64,000 nt of DNA, from positions 1,073,819 to 1,137,818 of the forward strand of contig CAVPCT010000003.1 in the NCBI GenBank assembly GCA_963702475.1, in the 5' to 3' direction. This document shows positions 57,317-64,000 of this stretch, piece by piece (the stretch's first letter is position 1; every line of letters starts with the position of its first letter). Made by a program: the position numbers and the translations under genes. The stretch is from an uncultured Thermoleophilia bacterium. GTDB lineage: Bacteria > Actinomycetota > Thermoleophilia > UBA2241. A model generated the notes under the pieces. The model ran no database searches. It saw only the letters and a list, made by a program, of their open reading frames with translations, and had not been told where the DNA came from.

Positions 57317-58801
57317 ATGAACGTCCAGCCGGAATCGAAAGAGCTGCTCGACGGACAGCGGGGCTGGCACAAGACGCTCACCTGGCAGCAGGGGTTCGCC
57401 TTCTCCTTCTCCCTGGCGTGCGGCGCGTTCATCAGCACCGGCTTCACCATCGGGGCCATCGGAGCCTACGGCGCGCTTCTTGTCTCGGTGATCATGGCGA
57501 CCGTGGGTCTGCTCTCGAACTTCCTGTTCGCCGAGATGGCGACGATGTTCCCGGAGAAGACGGGCAGCCTCTCCATGTACGCTCGGGAGGGCCTGCGGCG
57601 CTACTTCATCCCCGGCGGCGTGCTGTGTGCCTACGGCTACTGGCTCGGCTACGCCCTGTCAGTGGTGTTCAGCGCCGTCATGGTCGGCCAGCTGATCCAG
57701 GCGCAGTGGCTCGCCGACAGCACCTGGGGATTCAAGGTTCCAGGCGGGGTCCAAGTGAACGCGGGAGTCGTGATCGCCGCCGGCATCATCGTGGCCTGCT
57801 GGATCCTCTGCCTCCTGGGCGTCCACGTGACGGCGCGCGTGACCACCTTCGTCGGGGCCGCTTTCATGCTCGTCATCGTCATCGTGATCTTCGGCGTGCT
57901 CGTGCCGGGCAAGGCCAGCGCCGCGAATCTCACGTTCATGAACCCGGGCTGGAAGGGTGTCCTCATCTGGTGCTACATCGCCGGTTGGACCCTGTTCGGC
58001 TCTGAGATCGGGGCGGCATTCGCCCCTGAGTACAAGAATCCGCAGCGCGACGTACCGAGGGTGCTGCTCTCGACCGCCATCTTCCTCGGCGCGATCTTCA
58101 CCCTGACGCCCGTGGCGGCGACCGCCGAGCTGGGCGTGGACACCATCGCCGCGAACCCGCTCACTTACGGCCCCCTTGCGGCTGCGCACGTGCTCGGCGG
58201 CACGGGTGGCCAGTTCTTCACCATCCTGCTCGTCGCCGCCCTCTGCGTCGTGAGCCTTCTCTTCATGAACGACGCCAGCCGGGCGACGGCGGGCATGGCG
58301 GAAGAGGACGATGCAGTGAAGCAGCTGGGCAGGATGAACCGCTTCGGCTCCCCGACGTGGGGGACTCACGCAGTGGCCGTCGTCAACATCGCCGTCCTGC
58401 TCTTTGTCCCGAGTCCGGTGGGCATCATCCTGGCCGCTAACCTCGGCTACATCCTCGCGCACAGCATGGCCAACTGGTCGTTCGTCATCCTGCGCTACTC
58501 TCAGCCGGACGCGCCACGGCCCCTGAGACTGAGGGGCCCGGTGTGGGTGCCCATCGCGGTGTTCCTCGGGTGCTTCCACCTGCTGATCCTCGGCCTGGGT
58601 ATCTTCAACCCGGGTCTGGCTGGCTACGGTGGGGTCAAGGAGACGTTGATCGGCGTCGCGATCCTCCTGGCAGGCCTCCTCCTCTGGGTGATCCGCAGGG
58701 TCTTCCAGGACCACGAGCCGCTGCAGTTGCGCGACAGGTCCTACCATCTGGGCCCTCAATCGCCGGGTGCTTCGCCCTCGGCTCAGGCGGGCGCGGACTG
58801 A
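57317..58801 (+). CDS. APC-family permease
   Basis: FAEMATMFPEKTG, FAPEYKNPQRDVPR, NRFGSP, PRPLRL; multiple TMs. Confidence 0.88.
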   Translation: MNVQPESKELLDGQRGWHKTLTWQQGFAFSFSLACGAFISTGFTIGAIGAYGALLVSVIMATVGLLSNFLFAEMATMFPEKTGSLSMYAREGLRRYFIPGGVLCAYGYWLGYALSVVFSAVMVGQLIQAQWLADSTWGFKVPGGVQVNAGVVIAAGIIVACWILCLLGVHVTARVTTFVGAAFMLVIVIVIFGVLVPGKASAANLTFMNPGWKGVLIWCYIAGWTLFGSEIGAAFAPEYKNPQRDVPRVLLSTAIFLGAIFTLTPVAATAELGVDTIAANPLTYGPLAAAHVLGGTGGQFFTILLVAALCVVSLLFMNDASRATAGMAEEDDAVKQLGRMNRFGSPTWGTHAVAVVNIAVLLFVPSPVGIILAANLGYILAHSMANWSFVILRYSQPDAPRPLRLRGPVWVPIAVFLGCFHLLILGLGIFNPGLAGYGGVKETLIGVAILLAGLLLWVIRRVFQDHEPLQLRDRSYHLGPQSPGASPSAQAGAD

Positions 58802-58999
58802 CAGCTCGACAGGCCGCGAGAGCTGTGCGGCGTCAGCTCTCGCGGCCTGTCGCGACCGCGACCAGGGGTTCCGTCGGCGATAGCCGGCGCCGACCGCAGC
58901 GCCTCTGCCGTCCTCATTCGGCGAGGCTGTGACCGGACGAGTGGTCGGAGGCGGCAGGTCTCAAGCGTTGGCGTCCGGGTGGATGAGTTGCGCTGGGAA

Positions 59000-59036
59000 G
59001 TTCGAAAGCTGTCTGGTTAGGTCCACCAGCGTTGCC
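59000..59036 (+). mobile_element. att-like direct repeat, site 2
   Basis: gttcgaaagctgtctggttaggtccaccagcgttgcc; 34/37 identical to 62428-62464. Confidence 0.7.
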
Positions 59037-59087
59037 TGCAGATACAGACACAGACGCGGCACAAGTGCTGCGCTCTGCCTGTGATCA

Positions 59088-61581
<2,494 letters not shown>

Positions 61582-61630
61582 TCATGGCAGCGGCGCGGCG
61601 GCAGGGACAACGTGCGGGCGTGCTTGGCGG

Positions 61631-62092
61631 TCATGCTGTGGTCGCCTCCTTGCTCTGGCAGGCGGCGCACACCCCGCGGAACTGGACGGATACCGCGTCG
61701 GGTCGCCCGATGCGGGCGACCTCCGCTGTCGGTCGGATGGCGTCGAGGTCGGCGTCCTCCACGTCCCGGATCAGCCCACAGTGCGTGCATACGAAGTGGT
61801 GGTGCCGGGCCGAGTTCGCGTCGTAGCGTGCGGGTCCCGGTGTGAACAGGACTCGCGAGATGAGCCCGCGCTCAACGAGTGTCGCCAGCGTGCGGTACAC
61901 GGTATCGAGTGAGATGGTCGGGACCCGCTCCCGCACGGCCCGGTAGACGGTCTCGACATCCGGGTGCGTCTCATCGGCGGCGATGACGCGCACGATCTCG
62001 AGCCGCTGATGAGTCAGCCGAAGCCCGGCGTCGCGAAGGCCATGCGACAGCTGGTCGACGCGACGCGCCACCTCATCGACTCGCGCGGCCAC
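61631..62092 (-). CDS. Fur/PerR (FurA)-type regulator
   Basis: GLRLTHQR, HPD, ISLDTVYRTL, HHHFVCTHCG, CAAC; AGGAG SD before GTG 62092; upstream of katG. Confidence 0.92.
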   Translation of the reverse strand: MAARVDEVARRVDQLSHGLRDAGLRLTHQRLEIVRVIAADETHPDVETVYRAVRERVPTISLDTVYRTLATLVERGLISRVLFTPGPARYDANSARHHHFVCTHCGLIRDVEDADLDAIRPTAEVARIGRPDAVSVQFRGVCAACQSKEATTA

Positions 62093-62427
62093 TGCACTCC
62101 TGTCCTTCGAGGATTCCTGCCCGAGAGCTCCCGCGAGGGCGGCCGCCGTGCGCTCTGTCGCGACCCCACGCTGCGGCGACCCCGCAACGTCCTCTTGCTC
62201 GCTCGCTTCCAGATCTCCCAGGCGCGGGCGGCCAGATCCCGGCCCGGCCCATCCCACAATCGGCCAACACTTATTACCGTAGCGTTCCTATATAGGAGCA
62301 AGACAACGAAAACAAGTGTTGGATGGCGTTTCGGGCAGGGAGGAAGTGGCCGACATACCTACGTACGGACTGAGCGATCGGGGCACGGCAGATGCGTGTC
62401 TGCCCACCGCTGGACGTCATGGCGCAG

Positions 62428-62464
62428 GTTCGAGAGCTGTCTGATCAGGTCCACCAGCGTTGCC
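62428..62464 (+). mobile_element. att-like direct repeat, site 3
   Basis: gttcgagagctgtctgatcaggtccaccagcgttgcc. Confidence 0.7.
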
Positions 62465-62763
62465 ATTATCACATCGGTCTTCCTGCTCAAAGGACACTCC
62501 CAGTGTCGGCTCGACCTCGCCGGTCACTGCCGACGGATCGCCGCGGACCCGAGCGCACGGTGTCCACGCGACGTCGCCGACGTTGATGGGGGTGTCCTGT
62601 GGAGCCCTGCGGTTGGGGCGATCGCCGTCGTTCGCCATGTCGAGGCGCACGCGCCGAAGCAGCGAGCCGTCTGCCGTGTCCAAAGCATGGAGGGACAGCG
62701 GGTCTCAACGCCCGCCCCTGACCACAGGCGAGTAAGCTGAGTCGAGCCGTTGGAGCGAGGGTC

Positions 62764-63012
62764 ATGACCGCCAGGGGACCGAGTCCCGATGTGGTGACCG
62801 CGGGCGGAAGCGGCGACCGGGAGACCGTGTCGTCGCCCGTCGTCGAGGCCGCCCGCGCTGGGGATGCCGACGCCTTCATGGTCATCTACGACGCCTACGC
62901 CACGCGCCTGCGTGGCCTCGCGTTCCGCACGCTCGACGACCCCGACCTGGTCGCCGATGCGATGCGGGATCGGACCTCCGCCGGAACCCGAGGGAAGGAG
63001 GCGTCGTCATGA
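62764..63012 (+). pseudogene. Truncated ECF sigma factor (region 1.2/2 fragment only)
   Basis: VEAARAGDADAF..IYDAY..RL..LAFR.L.D...AD, ending without region 4. Confidence 0.7.
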
Positions 63013-64000
63013 AACCACGTCCCATGACCTCGACGGCTGCCGCAGGGCGAAGTACGCGTCCAGGCTCGATCGCCGTCCTCTGCCTGCTTGTCCTGGGCCT
63101 CGGAGCGCTCGGCCTTTGCGCCTGCGGCAGCAATAGCCCCGCGACCACCGGTCATACGACCCAGACGACCCAGACGACTCAGGCGACGCCGACCGCGGCG
63201 GCCACCTCCGAACGCACCTGGCGACGATTGCCTCTGAGCATGGAGGGTGCGTCCGTCAACGTGAACACGCTCGTCATCGACCCCAGCGACCCCACTGTGC
63301 TCTACGCGGGGACCGATGAGGGCCTGTTCAAGTCCACCGATGGGGCCGCGACCTGGGCCCCGCTCTCGCTGCGAGGCAGGGTCAACATGATAGCGGTGGA
63401 TCCGGGCTCTCCCTCCACCGTCTATGTCACCGCCAACTGGGCTCTCTACCGGTCTCTCGACGGTGGGGCTACCTGGACGCAGATCATTGACAGCTCCGGG
63501 TACCCGCCGGGGTTCCGACAGCTCTGGATCGACGCCTCCACGTCACCGTCAACGCTCTACGGCCAAGAGGGCTACGGCTACGGCCCGTTCAGGTCCACCG
63601 ACGGGGGATCCACCTGGAAGGATGTCTCCACCCCGGAAGGCCACGTGGGTTCCCTGGCGATCGATCCGTCTGCCCACGCGCTCTATGCGACGACCGGAAC
63701 CGGGATCACCCGTGGCGCGATGGTGTCCTCCTCCGATGGGGGAGCCACCTGGAAGCACGTCGCTGCGGGCATCCCCATGCCCGCCTCGACTGCGGAGCCC
63801 GCGATCCGCTCGGTGATTCTCGACCCCAGAGACCCCTCGCGGCTGTACCTCTACGACCTACGCTACCCTGAGGCTCTGGAATCCGCGGTCGTCGTGTCGG
63901 TCTTCGTGTCGTCTGACCGGGCGCGGACATGGTCCGAGGTGACCCGTCCGGAGCTCGACTGGGCCAAGGCGGTCCTTCACGCCGCGCCGGGAACGCCGGA
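63009..64000 (+). CDS. Lipoprotein with BNR/Asp-box beta-propeller repeats (runs off window)
   Basis: Lipobox LCA-C; repeated IDP..P..LY and (K/R)STDG..TW motifs; AAGGAGG SD. Confidence 0.8.
   Translation, partial: MKPRPMTSTAAAGRSTRPGSIAVLCLLVLGLGALGLCACGSNSPATTGHTTQTTQTTQATPTAAATSERTWRRLPLSMEGASVNVNTLVIDPSDPTVLYAGTDEGLFKSTDGAATWAPLSLRGRVNMIAVDPGSPSTVYVTANWALYRSLDGGATWTQIIDSSGYPPGFRQLWIDASTSPSTLYGQEGYGYGPFRSTDGGSTWKDVSTPEGHVGSLAIDPSAHALYATTGTGITRGAMVSSSDGGATWKHVAAGIPMPASTAEPAIRSVILDPRDPSRLYLYDLRYPEALESAVVVSVFVSSDRARTWSEVTRPELDWAKAVLHAAPGTP

Noticed and set aside
59000-59036. Integron attC site (GTTAGGT fits GTTRRRY)
   Set aside because: The second copy reads ATCAGGT, no paired RYYYAAC arm is present, and there is no integrase.
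63588-63602. AGGTCCACC match as a fourth att-like site
   Set aside because: It lies inside the coding Asp-box motif FRSTDG and lacks both the CCA-G end and the upstream GTTCGA.

Overview
High-GC bacterial window. Gene order and content (a standalone trpF, prfB with its programmed frameshift, an LAXTG sortase substrate, LCP proteins) suggest a deep-branching actinobacterium such as Thermoleophilia; the taxonomy is inferred. Positions 1-45 kb are mostly core genome: atpF-H-A-G-D-C, murA, an LCP and sugar-nucleotide cluster, ahcY/mtnA, comF-hpf-secA, prfB, a DEAD-box helicase, tRNA-Val, trpEGDCFBA and vapBC. Positions 45.5-64 kb are accessory: a corrinoid methyltransferase locus, then furA-katG and gene remnants. 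The locus holds three B12-binding proteins, a URO-D/MtaA-like enzyme, two MttB paralogues, two APC permeases, an MFS transporter, and GntR and TetR regulators. Top finding: the first MttB (52171-53634) has a single in-frame TAG at the position matching pyrrolysine in archaeal and bacterial MttB, followed by a candidate stem-loop. It lies in a module bounded by degenerate tRNA-3'-end-like (att-like) direct repeats. No pylTSBCD genes are in the window. Other signals are a Trp/Tyr-rich uORF overlapping the trpE start, a dispersed ~52-nt hairpin repeat family, an antitoxin-TAG-ATG-toxin in-frame junction, and degenerate LCP and PNP homologues. Several genes carry single-base insertions that look like consensus artefacts.
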